Translations under genes and position numbers: made by a program | In this document: in pieces, positions 21,392 through 30,594 of the stretch | How the letters are laid out: each line of letters opens with the position of its first letter | Position numbering within the stretch: the stretch's first letter is position 1 | Source: a virus | Taxonomy: Duplodnaviria; Caudoviricetes | Reading direction: 5' to 3' (one strand) | DNA length: 64,000 bases | Virus record (IMG/VR): IMGVR_UViG_3300026549_000069 | Location: 12,424 to 76,423 of that record | Notes under the pieces: model-generated | The model's database searches: none | Told to the model about the DNA's origin: nothing | Seen by the model: the letters and a program-made list of their open reading frames with translations, nothing else

Positions 21392-21427
21392 ATTTTACCT
21401 ATCTTTTAATTTAATGCCTATCAAATA

Positions 21428-21502
21428 AAAAAGTGGAAGAGGCGATAGGCTTACCTCTTGTCAGTGGGGGTACTAATTCCACCTATCCACTTTGCAAAGT
21501 TA
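21428..21502 (-). promoter_or_regulatory. Promoter (-7 TAACTTTG) with structured leader
   Basis: TAACTTTG at 21495-21502; aagtgga/tccactt and aagagg/cctctt helices. Confidence 0.55.
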
Positions 21503-21570
21503 GAAAAATATATTTATATAGACAATAGAAATTTCACCACTTTTTATGGTTTCAATATCAATCATACAAA

Positions 21571-21993
21571 CTATTCCTCCTCATATTTTTTAAGTTTTTC
21601 TTTTAGTTCATGAATACGCTTATTCAATGTAGCGATGCGTGGCAATCTCTTTGTCTTTTCTTTTAGCATTTCATTTTCTTTTTTCAGCCGCTCACATATA
21701 TTGAACAATTTGCGGTTTTCATCCAATAAACGTGAATAATCCTCAACTTTTCGTTTAACCTCAACATATTCGATTTTAGATAATAGGTCGGGTTCATCAA
21801 CTTTTATTAAATATTCATCTCCACGCAGATAATCAACAATTTCAGCCATTTGGTCAAAGGTTATGTAATCATCTATATGAACCCCTTCTATTGGTGTACC
21901 GTGCCAATCTGGTTTCCACATACAAATGCTTTTTAATATAACATCCTCAATATAATCCTTTTGCTCTTCTGTTTTCGCTTTTAGTTTCGCCAT
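21571..21993 (-). CDS. Hypothetical coiled-coil protein
   Basis: 140 aa ORF. Confidence 0.6.
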   Translation of the reverse strand: MAKLKAKTEEQKDYIEDVILKSICMWKPDWHGTPIEGVHIDDYITFDQMAEIVDYLRGDEYLIKVDEPDLLSKIEYVEVKRKVEDYSRLLDENRKLFNICERLKKENEMLKEKTKRLPRIATLNKRIHELKEKLKKYEEE

Positions 21994-22106
21994 AGTTAGA
22001 CCTCCTCTCTTTTCTCTTTAATCCATTTAAACAAGAATGCGATATCTCCATCCAAATCGCTATCTTCTGTCTTCGCTTCTAACATATACCTTTTATTTAA
22101 CCTCCG

Positions 22107-22349
22107 TTATTTTCTTTTTATTGTTTTGAAATATACCTCAAAATTATCATCCCAATTATTTGCCTCTGCTAATACCGAACAAATAGGTGTTCCAATAGAC
22201 CAACAGTAGGCGCTATGCGTTTCGTATAACGAGCATTTAGGGCAAATCTGCTTGTGCTTACCACCGCCTGAATAGTTTTTGCACTTGCATAGATGATGAT
22301 TTACTCCGTCTATTCGCAAACAAACTCTTGTATTTTTCGCCATAATCAA
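22107..22349 (-). CDS. Cys-rich hypothetical protein
   Basis: 80 aa, several CxxC/CxC. Confidence 0.55.
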   Translation of the reverse strand: MIMAKNTRVCLRIDGVNHHLCKCKNYSGGGKHKQICPKCSLYETHSAYCWSIGTPICSVLAEANNWDDNFEVYFKTIKRK

Positions 22350-22367
22350 TTATCATTTGTAAATTCA

Positions 22368-22592
22368 TTAGTAGTCTTCGTTGTCAATATCCATATATCC
22401 AAAGAATCGGAACTTGTCGCAGTTGTACTTTTGGTGAAACACAACAGTTGAGGATTGAGTAAGATACCAATACCACTTAATTCTTTTCTTTGGAACTTTA
22501 GCAAGATATATGTTAAAGCAAAAGCATTTCCTCCCAAGCCCGATAACAAACTTGTTCATCCAGTTATATGTGAATCCAAATAGCCTAGTCAT
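22368..22592 (-). CDS. Hypothetical protein
   Basis: 74 aa, aromatic-rich. Confidence 0.5.
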   Translation of the reverse strand: MTRLFGFTYNWMNKFVIGLGRKCFCFNIYLAKVPKKRIKWYWYLTQSSTVVFHQKYNCDKFRFFGYMDIDNEDY

Positions 22593-22593
22593 A

Positions 22594-22863
22594 TTAAAAA
22601 GTTATTTCATAATGTTTCCTGTCCTTTGTCACAATGCGGATTGACTTTGTTTTACTACCCTCTTTGTATTCGATAGCAAGCGCAATTTGAATGCCGTAAC
22701 GCATTTCAATAACCGCCAACACACTTTCGTCTGTTATAACGTTTTCTGACCAACCATAGCCTTCTTTATTAAACTCGTAGCCAGCATCTACTTGTTTTAG
22801 TTTTTCCATACTCTTGTTATTTATTCGTTCAACAAATCTTTCAGTTCTTTCTTTAATTGACAA
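22594..22863 (-). CDS. Hypothetical protein
   Basis: 89 aa ORF. Confidence 0.55.
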   Translation of the reverse strand: MSIKERTERFVERINNKSMEKLKQVDAGYEFNKEGYGWSENVITDESVLAVIEMRYGIQIALAIEYKEGSKTKSIRIVTKDRKHYEITF

Positions 22864-23150
22864 AGCCTTTGCTTTAAACCGCTAACAATACAGTTTCTTG
22901 TTTCTTTGTCAAGAAGCAATTTCTCTGTTTCTTTTATAGTTCCGTCACTCCACATTGGTAGTTGTTCGGAAACAATAGGTTCTTTACCATAAAGACGTGT
23001 TGTCTTTACACCGCTTTCTCGTACAGTAATACATAGTGTAGCATCTTTGTCATCCTCGTTTTCTAATGGGTGTTCCAATGCGTCAATAAAGTCACTGATG
23101 TCGCCGACAAGTCTTGCCTTGTCCTCGAAGTTTTCTTTAATTGTTCTCAT
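22821..23150 (-). CDS. Hypothetical protein
   Basis: 109 aa ORF. Confidence 0.55.
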   Translation of the reverse strand: MRTIKENFEDKARLVGDISDFIDALEHPLENEDDKDATLCITVRESGVKTTRLYGKEPIVSEQLPMWSDGTIKETEKLLLDKETRNCIVSGLKQRLCQLKKELKDLLNE

Positions 23151-23161
23151 AGCCTTGTTGT

Positions 23162-23524
23162 TTATTTAATCCCCTTGAATATCCAATCATTTGTTGTCGT
23201 TCCGTCGGAGTATATAACCTTAAACGTATCTTCTGTATCAACGTCTATTTTCTTTTGCCCATCATTGTTTATAAAGCAGCAACTAAAAGCGGGTGCGTTC
23301 TTGCCTTTTGCAAAAGCGCAAAGACGCTTTACGCTTACCTCAACACCGTTTTGTGAATAGTAATAAGTTAGAGGTATCACGCTGTCCCATGAACCACCCT
23401 CGCTATGGCTGTTCAGCACACCGTAAGGCAAATCACAAATGACACAATCAATCGAATTATCTGGAATGTCTTGCATCAATTCAAGGCAATCGCCCAAATA
23501 GATATTATTTGTTTCCATAATCAT
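23162..23524 (-). pseudogene. Truncated N6/N4 DNA methyltransferase N-terminus fused to unrelated sequence
   Basis: IYLGDCLELM...CDLPYG...WDSVIPL then divergence; no SAM-binding motif I. Confidence 0.65.
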
Positions 23525-23838
23525 TTCTTGCTTTTAAACAACAACGCACTTACTTTGCTGTATATGCCAACATGGCGCAATTTCTTGATATTGTCAAATG
23601 TGCCATCATCATTGCATTGACGATAAGACTTGCCAAGCAATCTGGGAATTTCGTGCCTACCAATTCTTTCATCATCAACCATGCGACTTAACAATTCAAC
23701 CTCACTTTCAGTAGCCTCGCATTCACCACACATATTGGAATCAATCGTTTCTTGAACCCATTTGCCAAGACCGAATTTGTCGGCGATACGTTTAACTTGC
23801 GCAAGGTAGGTGCGACAAAGTTCTTGTAATCTTTCCAT
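23521..23838 (-). CDS. Hypothetical protein
   Basis: 105 aa ORF. Confidence 0.6.
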   Translation of the reverse strand: MERLQELCRTYLAQVKRIADKFGLGKWVQETIDSNMCGECEATESEVELLSRMVDDERIGRHEIPRLLGKSYRQCNDDGTFDNIKKLRHVGIYSKVSALLFKSKK

Positions 23839-23843
23839 AACAT

Positions 23844-24395
23844 TTAGAATAGAGTTAATTCTTGATTCTCGTTTTCTGTTTCAATGAACATTTTGCGGAA
23901 TATGTGGTAAAGCACATCGACAACAATGCTATTGCCAGCTAATTTGTATTGTGCGCTATTGCTTATTCCTGTTGCTTGTATGGTGTCAATGTCTTTGTCA
24001 TCAACACCCATAAGGCGAAAACATTCGCGCGGAGTTAGTCTTCTAATCTTAAATTTTTTACCTTCCAATTCTTTTGGTAATTTTCCTTTCATATCAACAT
24101 TGTTATATGGTTTTTCGTATATTCCAATCACATAAGGTTCTCTATCACTATAATAGTTGCAACACAGTGTCGGTGCAATATCTAAAATACGCTTGTTGGG
24201 ATTCTTGTATGGCCCCGTATTCGCAATTATTGCTTTGTATACTGTTTGACATTCTATTATTGTCGGGACAAGGTTCCCGCCAGCACTATAATCAGTAATA
24301 CATGGGGAAATGCCTTGTTTGTCATAGACTACGCCTTTACTGGGTCGCATTCTGTTTGGCTTTATGTAATATCCCAAAATTTTAATCTTTCCCAT
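23844..24395 (-). CDS. C5 cytosine methyltransferase C-terminal segment (TRD repeats + motifs IX/X)
   Basis: IRRLTPRECFRLMG...QYKLAGNSIVV. Confidence 0.85.
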   Translation of the reverse strand: MGKIKILGYYIKPNRMRPSKGVVYDKQGISPCITDYSAGGNLVPTIIECQTVYKAIIANTGPYKNPNKRILDIAPTLCCNYYSDREPYVIGIYEKPYNNVDMKGKLPKELEGKKFKIRRLTPRECFRLMGVDDKDIDTIQATGISNSAQYKLAGNSIVVDVLYHIFRKMFIETENENQELTLF

Positions 24396-24735
24396 ATTGG
24401 ATTATATTTATTTTCCCATCGGCTATTATTGTAGGAGCTATGTTTTTTGGGTCGTATATCGATTCCCCATTTGCACCTCGCTTATCCTTTGCTTGCGCCT
24501 GAAAAGCACGAATATCACCGTTAGGCATCATCTTATACTCAATCGTTCGTTTTGATTCGAAAATCGGTTCTACAATCACAACAAAATTTGGAATAGACCT
24601 GATTGTTGGGAATGTATTGTTGCTATGCGTTTCAAGTGTAAATTCATAGTTGTAGGTACTTCCACATCGAATTGACGCAGAAAACAACTTTGTGACATCC
24701 ACATTGTTAGCGATTTTCAATCTTGGTTTCTTCAT
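24382..24735 (-). CDS. C5-MTase TRD-like module ORF (two repeats)
   Basis: FPTIRSIPNFVVIVE and IAPTIIADGKINIIQY repeats. Confidence 0.6.
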   Translation of the reverse strand: MKKPRLKIANNVDVTKLFSASIRCGSTYNYEFTLETHSNNTFPTIRSIPNFVVIVEPIFESKRTIEYKMMPNGDIRAFQAQAKDKRGANGESIYDPKNIAPTIIADGKINIIQYGKD

Positions 24736-24822
24736 ATACTTCAATGATTAGAAAATCTTTTAATTGAATTGGCAATATCGTTCCAGATTTCCCTACTTAA
24801 TCCGTATGTTTCTTATCTTCAT
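24707..24822 (-). pseudogene. Frameshifted TRD-like mini-module
   Basis: MKIRNIRIK stops at TAG; adding one A gives ...KVGKSGTILPIQLKDFLIIEVYE. Confidence 0.5.
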
Positions 24823-25009
24823 ATATTTCTAAAATTCCCATTTCACGAAATCCTTGACGTGGATGTGTAATATTTCCTGCGTAATGGTGCGCACCGGTTA
24901 TCGTACATGCTATCCCATTCGGCGCATTAAGCGCATATCTACCATCGCCCAACGGGTAAAATTTAGCAATTGGTGTTTGGCTGGTGATTGTCCTCTTTTT
25001 CATATTCAT
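24797..25009 (-). CDS. C5-MTase TRD-like module ORF
   Basis: IACTIT...GILEIYE repeat. Confidence 0.6.
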   Translation of the reverse strand: MNMKKRTITSQTPIAKFYPLGDGRYALNAPNGIACTITGAHHYAGNITHPRQGFREMGILEIYEDKKHTD

Positions 25010-25142
25010 ATATTTCTATGATTTTCCATCCGTTCCGCGATGCGAGATTGCCGAATTGTGGGGTTATTGTGCCAATTATTTGTTGATTTTGTGGGAAACG
25101 ACTGTTAAAATCATCATAAATCAACACTGCTTTGCTCGTCAT
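24963..25142 (-). CDS. C5-MTase TRD-like module ORF
   Basis: IIGTIT...WKIIEIYE repeat; ATG 25142 with A-rich context. Confidence 0.6.
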   Translation of the reverse strand: MTSKAVLIYDDFNSRFPQNQQIIGTITPQFGNLASRNGWKIIEIYEYEKEDNHQPNTNC

Positions 25143-25866
25143 TTCTTGTTGAGAAAAACTTTTCAACTCTAGATTCGCTTAAATAAAACTTTTTATCAAC
25201 ATTAGAATCAAGATAATCCCTTAAACGCTTTTTTAGTTCAAAGCGTTTCGGAAAATAATATCTTGGCGGATTGCTTTCATCATCAATACGAATAGACACA
25301 AGGAATATACGATTGCGATTTTGTGCAACACCATAATCTACAGCATTTAACAATTGCGGAAAATTCATATATCCCAATCTTGCCAATTCGCTTTGCCAAA
25401 GGTTGAACATATCAATGAATTTCGATTGAACCATTGCCTCCACGTTTTCCAAACAAAGGTATTTCGGCTTTTTTGCAATCACGGCATTGCGAACATACCA
25501 AATGATACTTGAACGTGTACCACTGCCCTCTGCGAAACCATGCTGTAAACCTGCCGCTGAAATCGACTGACATGGTGTGCTGTAAAACAACAAGTCGCAA
25601 TCTGGAAAATTATCCCAATCAATCTTTGTTATATCGCCATAATTCTTATCAGCCCAATGCGGGAACAATGCTTTATGGGCAATCACCGCTGGCTGCTTGT
25701 CAATTGGTGATTTACTTTCTGGGTCAAACTCTGCCCAAGCGACAAGTTCGTAATCAAAATCAGGGAAATCACGTTTTAGCCTTTCCAATGCAAGACATTG
25801 GCTATCGTAGCCGCTGCATAACGTGGCTACCTTTAGTGGATTTTGCTTTGTGTATACCATAATCAA
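25114..25866 (-). CDS. C5 cytosine methyltransferase catalytic segment (motifs I-VIII)
   Basis: TLCSG, DITKI, STPCQ, ENV, QNRNRIF. Confidence 0.9.
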   Translation of the reverse strand: MIMVYTKQNPLKVATLCSGYDSQCLALERLKRDFPDFDYELVAWAEFDPESKSPIDKQPAVIAHKALFPHWADKNYGDITKIDWDNFPDCDLLFYSTPCQSISAAGLQHGFAEGSGTRSSIIWYVRNAVIAKKPKYLCLENVEAMVQSKFIDMFNLWQSELARLGYMNFPQLLNAVDYGVAQNRNRIFLVSIRIDDESNPPRYYFPKRFELKKRLRDYLDSNVDKKFYLSESRVEKFFSTRNDEQSSVDL

Positions 25867-26591
25867 AACAATGTTGGTGTAGTGTTAGGCTGTGTAATTC
25901 CTAATATAAAGTCACAGATAAAGTTCCTTGCATAGTCTGGAGAAATCATGCTACGTTCCTCGCTACATAATCCTGCATGGTCAGCACTTTTAGACTCCCA
26001 TACACGAAGTTCCTTTTTGGGCTTTTGAAACGAGCATCCAGATGTTGGTTCGCAATTAAAGAACCAATAACCAGTCGGCTTTGTGAAATAGTCGCCGCGC
26101 ATTCTTCTATTTCTGTCAATCACTGATGGCTCTTTCAAAAAATTATTGTGTAGATAATGCAACGTGGAATATGGATTCTCAATGACAATTCGAAAATTTC
26201 GTAGCAAGCAAATCCCAACCATTTTGTATAGCAACTTGTAAAATTCATTCCTATTGTCAGACCGTTCCAGCATAGCATCGAATTTTTGCTTTGTTGTCAT
26301 TGCTTTATAATTTATATTTTCAAGTGTGAAATAGCAAGGATTCACTAACCCAGTAAAATAAATACAAGGGAAAAAAGCCATTATAAAATCATCGCTAGTC
26401 ATTTTGTCAAAAATGCTTTCTTTACCATCATAGGCTTTGTTGATTTCGCCAAACAAGTCAATAACATGGTCGGTCTGCCCAAAATTATTTTGGATGTCGT
26501 AATCGAGAGCATCGTAGCCTAGCTTTTTAAATTCGTGCTTGAATGTGCCACTTTGCTCAAACAAACAATGTATTTTTCCTTTTATTTCCAT
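25863..26591 (-). CDS. Divergent C5-MTase-like protein
   Basis: LFEQSG (motif I-like), FFPC (motif IV), VIENP (motif VI), KPTGYW. Confidence 0.6.
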   Translation of the reverse strand: MEIKGKIHCLFEQSGTFKHEFKKLGYDALDYDIQNNFGQTDHVIDLFGEINKAYDGKESIFDKMTSDDFIMAFFPCIYFTGLVNPCYFTLENINYKAMTTKQKFDAMLERSDNRNEFYKLLYKMVGICLLRNFRIVIENPYSTLHYLHNNFLKEPSVIDRNRRMRGDYFTKPTGYWFFNCEPTSGCSFQKPKKELRVWESKSADHAGLCSEERSMISPDYARNFICDFILGITQPNTTPTLF

Positions 26592-26726
26592 ACTAATTTA
26601 ATAAATGCCCCACACTTTCAATTGTGGTAGTGCGAGTACACACAATCTACTAATGTAGGGCAATTTAAGTTATCTTTAAAGTTTGCCTCGCACGCTAAAC
26701 TTTGTTACCTAATCAAATCAACGCAA

Positions 26727-26757
26727 CAAAGATACAACAAACTTTTGAGATAACAAA
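26727..26757 (-). promoter_or_regulatory. Bacteroidota promoter for MTase operon
   Basis: TTTG-N19-TATCTTTG on minus strand. Confidence 0.75.
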
Positions 26758-26773
26758 ATATTTTAACATTATT

Positions 26774-27208
26774 TTAGAATGGCACGTTACTGTTCCCACC
26801 TTGCATTGGTGCTGGTGCTGGTTGGAATTGTTGCTGCATTGTTTGTTGGTTATATTGCTGCTGTGCTGGCTGGTAATATGGTGCTTGCGGCATAAATTGC
26901 TGCTGCTGGGGTTGTGGAACTTGTTGTTGTGGCACATCGGCACTTGCAGCAAAAGCAGTGGCATTAGTAAACCATTTGCCGTTCCATTCACGACTTTGTA
27001 AGTCGAAAGAAATGTTGTACACATTGCCGACCATCAATTTCATCTGTATCCACTTGTCATCGCCAAACACATCAAAGCAAATCTTTTTCGGATATTGCGC
27101 ATCCAGTGTTTCGCCTACAAAAGCATGCTTGTTTGATGGTTTACCGTCACGCTTGCTGATATACTCCATCGACGGCAGTATATCCACGATTCTCAATTTG
27201 ATTTCCAT
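26774..27208 (-). CDS. DUF3127-type OB-fold ssDNA-binding-like protein
   Basis: QYPKKICFDVFGDDK, SREWNGKWFT; Q/P-rich tail ending VPF. Confidence 0.75.
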   Translation of the reverse strand: MEIKLRIVDILPSMEYISKRDGKPSNKHAFVGETLDAQYPKKICFDVFGDDKWIQMKLMVGNVYNISFDLQSREWNGKWFTNATAFAASADVPQQQVPQPQQQQFMPQAPYYQPAQQQYNQQTMQQQFQPAPAPMQGGNSNVPF

Positions 27209-27213
27209 AAATT

Positions 27214-28077
27214 CTAGAATTTGATATTGAAATAATTTTCCAAAAACTCTTTACAATTAGTTTGACCGAAAACATTGTCTTGCGGCTTAAACTTTTTCAA
27301 AAACTCATCATAAGTATATGTGAATATATTTTGAACAATCCATTCATAGACATCCGAAAAATTTGCGTGAATACTTGTTCGCTTGTGATTGGCAAGGTAA
27401 TATTGCCCTCCCCTTGCATATAGTTTTAGCAAATTTGGGTATTTCAAGAATTGGTTTATCCGTTTTCTGCGACCTTGCAACGGGCAACCCAAACAACCAA
27501 GCCGCTTTGTTACATCAAACACGCCATCATTGCCGTAATACAATGGGTGGCATTTTATCCCTCGGTGTTCAATAAATTCAGCAACATCGTTATCATTCCA
27601 TTCTAATATAGGATAAAAGCATTCTACATGGTTTTTCTTTGCGCCATTATATAATTTGCATTCTGTCGGTTCTTTATATCGCTCTTGCCTACTCTTGGAT
27701 TCGCACTTACGAATACCCATAACTACAACATTCAAAATCTTGTACTCTTTTAATACGCCGCAACAAAAACGCATCCTAGCCGTTGGGAAACCGTATTTTT
27801 TGATAAGTTCAAGAAACGAAAATCTTGGTCGCCGCACTTCAACACCATTATCTTTGCAATGTTTGGTTGTGCCACTTGGGTCTAATGTTGTCATCTTGTA
27901 TATTGGAAGAAAATCAACTTTTGCCATTTTAGCCAATTCAAGTATAACATCGCTGTCTTTTCCGCCGCTATATGCTATTTCAACTGGTTCGCCATATCTT
28001 TTGGCGGATTTTTCTGCTTGCCGAATCAACTTTATTGCAAAATCTATTTTTCTTTGCAACTCTTTACTCATTAACAT
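27214..28077 (-). CDS. PAPS reductase family (adenine nucleotide alpha hydrolase) protein
   Basis: YSGGKDS PP-loop, RFCC..LKE, GIRKCES..R, RLGCLGCP. Confidence 0.85.
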   Translation of the reverse strand: MLMSKELQRKIDFAIKLIRQAEKSAKRYGEPVEIAYSGGKDSDVILELAKMAKVDFLPIYKMTTLDPSGTTKHCKDNGVEVRRPRFSFLELIKKYGFPTARMRFCCGVLKEYKILNVVVMGIRKCESKSRQERYKEPTECKLYNGAKKNHVECFYPILEWNDNDVAEFIEHRGIKCHPLYYGNDGVFDVTKRLGCLGCPLQGRRKRINQFLKYPNLLKLYARGGQYYLANHKRTSIHANFSDVYEWIVQNIFTYTYDEFLKKFKPQDNVFGQTNCKEFLENYFNIKF

Positions 28078-28080
28078 AGG

Positions 28081-28644
28081 CTAGTCAATTATATGGGTAT
28101 CCCAAAATTCAACACACAGTTTGCTGAAAAAATAATCCGACAATGCCACATCCAACAATGAGCGGATATTTTTCATGCAATTAGAAATATAATCAATCGG
28201 GTCATTGACATAGCCGTTATCATCTTTCACTGGAACAACATCTTTTGGACAAGAAACAGCAAAAGCACGAATCTGCATGAAACAATCGTTGATTTTCTGA
28301 TGATTGTCACGCATACCGTCTGACGGGCTGTAATTCCACGCATAGCGATTGACACTTACACAAGGCGCAAGACCATCCGCCTCGCTGTCAAACATTTCTT
28401 TCAGCACAAAAAGATGATAATCCGATTCTGACAAATTATAGTAATCAAAAAGCAATGATTCGATATGCTTGGATATTTCATCCATATCGGCAAATGTTGC
28501 GGAAACAAATGCCAACGCATTAATCTTTTCCCAGCATTTCTCAATTTCCTTTTCAAGCCACTTGCTTTTAGAGATAACGTCATCAACACTGGAATACTCT
28601 TTCTTGAAATCCCAATCGGGATAAATTGTGGTGTAACACGACAT
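28081..28644 (-). CDS. Hypothetical protein
   Basis: 187 aa ORF. Confidence 0.6.
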   Translation of the reverse strand: MSCYTTIYPDWDFKKEYSSVDDVISKSKWLEKEIEKCWEKINALAFVSATFADMDEISKHIESLLFDYYNLSESDYHLFVLKEMFDSEADGLAPCVSVNRYAWNYSPSDGMRDNHQKINDCFMQIRAFAVSCPKDVVPVKDDNGYVNDPIDYISNCMKNIRSLLDVALSDYFFSKLCVEFWDTHIID

Positions 28645-28646
28645 AG

Positions 28647-28985
28647 TTAAATATTATTTAAAAGATAGACATAAGAGAGAAAATAACGGGAAATCCGTTT
28701 TGGATAACATACGAAATATTTACGTTTCGCCATTTTTTTCAGCTTGCGCGGAAATTTCCAATATTTTCCATAAAATATTCGCCTTTCTTTGTTCGTAAAC
28801 TTATTTACTTTCACCTCATAAGTGATTGTATGCCCGCATTGGTTATCCCATTTTACCTTTTCGTCATCACTTTGCTCGCTCGACAAATCAAAATCAAGCG
28901 TGGCGATGGGCATTCCCGTTTCTATAGGCTTGTTGCAATAGAACAAGCTGCAATTATCAAACATCATATTATCTTTATCTCCCAT
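28647..28985 (-). CDS. Hypothetical protein
   Basis: 112 aa, basic C-terminus. Confidence 0.55.
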   Translation of the reverse strand: MGDKDNMMFDNCSLFYCNKPIETGMPIATLDFDLSSEQSDDEKVKWDNQCGHTITYEVKVNKFTNKERRIFYGKYWKFPRKLKKMAKRKYFVCYPKRISRYFLSYVYLLNNI

Positions 28986-28995
28986 AATCGTTTTA

Positions 28996-29084
28996 TTTGC
29001 GTTTTAAGGGGCTTTTACACCCCAAGGTGAACAACTAGTCATTTTTGATATTCCACACGATTGTAGATGCCTCAAAATGCGAAA
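28996..29084. repeat. Dispersed element, copy B (imperfect terminal inverted repeat)
   Basis: gcgttttaaggggctttt...caaggt, same spacing as copy E; ends cctcaaaatgcgaaa. Confidence 0.5.
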
Positions 29085-29119
29085 TAGGGCGATTCTGGCA
29101 TACAATGCGCATCTGCAAT

Positions 29120-30097
29120 TCATTTCTTCTCCCATTTTTGACGTTCTTTCGACCAGACAACAGTACCACGGCCATTGTTCATCTTGATTTCAGCCCCGTC
29201 AGGACGATTGTTGTTGTCATAGCCATCGAAGATATAATTCTCGTCAACACCAGTAAAAATATAGCACCCGTAATGCTCATTCCAATGAATGTTGCCAGTG
29301 GTGTCAGGACGATATTGCGTTTCACCAAACAAGCAGCCATAAACCTTGGACGGGTCATAGACAATCTTGCCACCGTCAAATATCACGTCATCGAAAAGGC
29401 GGTCACGAAGATAACGCTCAAAATCCCGCTGGTAGCACAATTCCCGTGTCGAAACATAAGCATGAATATGGCCTAGCACCCGAGAACGGTCATCAACAGA
29501 CAGACGTTCCCACTGCTCACGCGACTTTTTCTTGCTGCCCTTGCGATTGTAGGCAACCCAGCATTTTTCAAACATTTCGTCTTTTTCTTTTTTTTCTTTT
29601 TTGGATAGTTTTTTTCTTTTATTTTCTTTTTCTACAACATCATCTTGTTGTTGTATACTATCAGCATCTATGTGTAGTATACTAGTATCAGTATCTAGTA
29701 TTGTAATATTATTATAGTATTGCCGATTTTCAACCCGTGTAGGAGTTTTTCCGATTCGGGTTTTTTCCGAGTCAGGTTTTTCCCCACACGGCTCAGATTC
29801 ACAACAACGAAAAGCCTTGAGCACATATTTCACATTGCCAAAACAACCCTTGCCATCCTTGGACTGACCAACACGAACCAACCAACCAGATGACATCAAC
29901 TCTCCTACATACTTGCGAAAGGTGTCCGCACTGTAACCCAATTCAGAACACATCGTTTTCTGGTCGAAATTCCAGCCCGGTTCCTTGCAAGCCATGTAAA
30001 CATACATGAACCTAGCACGGTCACTCAACGCAACATCAAATACCAAATCTTTCGGTATCGACTGCAAACCACATAATTCACTTGAAAAATTACCCAT
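29120..30097 (-). CDS. Replication initiator / replisome organiser (wHTH)
   Basis: LSDRARFMYVY...ELMSSGWL wHTH; FEKCWVAYNRKGSK C-terminal domain; likely start ATG 30097. Confidence 0.7.
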   Translation of the reverse strand: MGNFSSELCGLQSIPKDLVFDVALSDRARFMYVYMACKEPGWNFDQKTMCSELGYSADTFRKYVGELMSSGWLVRVGQSKDGKGCFGNVKYVLKAFRCCESEPCGEKPDSEKTRIGKTPTRVENRQYYNNITILDTDTSILHIDADSIQQQDDVVEKENKRKKLSKKEKKEKDEMFEKCWVAYNRKGSKKKSREQWERLSVDDRSRVLGHIHAYVSTRELCYQRDFERYLRDRLFDDVIFDGGKIVYDPSKVYGCLFGETQYRPDTTGNIHWNEHYGCYIFTGVDENYIFDGYDNNNRPDGAEIKMNNGRGTVVWSKERQKWEKK

Positions 30098-30310
30098 AAT
30101 ACAAACTTTTTTATCATACCCACAACCAAACATACATACAAAAAACAACCACTGGCAATCAAACAATATTGTCTTCCACTACAATCCGTCTAATCACCAG
30201 CGGCCGAAAAAAGTTTGTATATATGCTGAGGAGCGAAGTAATCCGAGATTTATTATACAAAATTGCCAATTGAATGTGGAAGATTTAGCAACATTTCAAA
30301 AATCACAGTG

Positions 30311-30342
30311 CAAAGGTAGTAGCTTTTCTTGAAATACACAAA
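30311..30342 (-). promoter_or_regulatory. Bacteroidota promoter (leftward)
   Basis: TTTG-N20-TACCTTTG. Confidence 0.8.
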
Positions 30343-30377
30343 TTTTTTCCCAAAAAAATGACAAAATTGATTTTAAA

Positions 30378-30455
30378 GCGCATTTAAGCACGTCAAACAA
30401 GCAAAATGAACAACTATACTACACAACACACAAAAACGTAACACAGGGCAATTGT
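30378..30455. repeat. Dispersed element, copy C
   Basis: gcatttaagcac...gaacaacta...acacagggcaatt with 55-nt spacing. Confidence 0.5.
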
Positions 30456-30594
30456 GGACGTTTTAGGGGCATTATAGAATTATAAGTACAATATAACTTG
30501 ATTTTTTCAAAAATTTTTTTCGTTTTTTCGAAAAAAGGGTTTGCACCACACGAAATCCACGTCCCTATCTCCCCCTCCCCCTCGGCCTAAAAGC

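Noticed and set aside
26592-26720. SAM riboswitch upstream of the methyltransferase operon
   Set aside because: The leader is structured, but no SAM-I/II/III/SAH core sequences are recognisable
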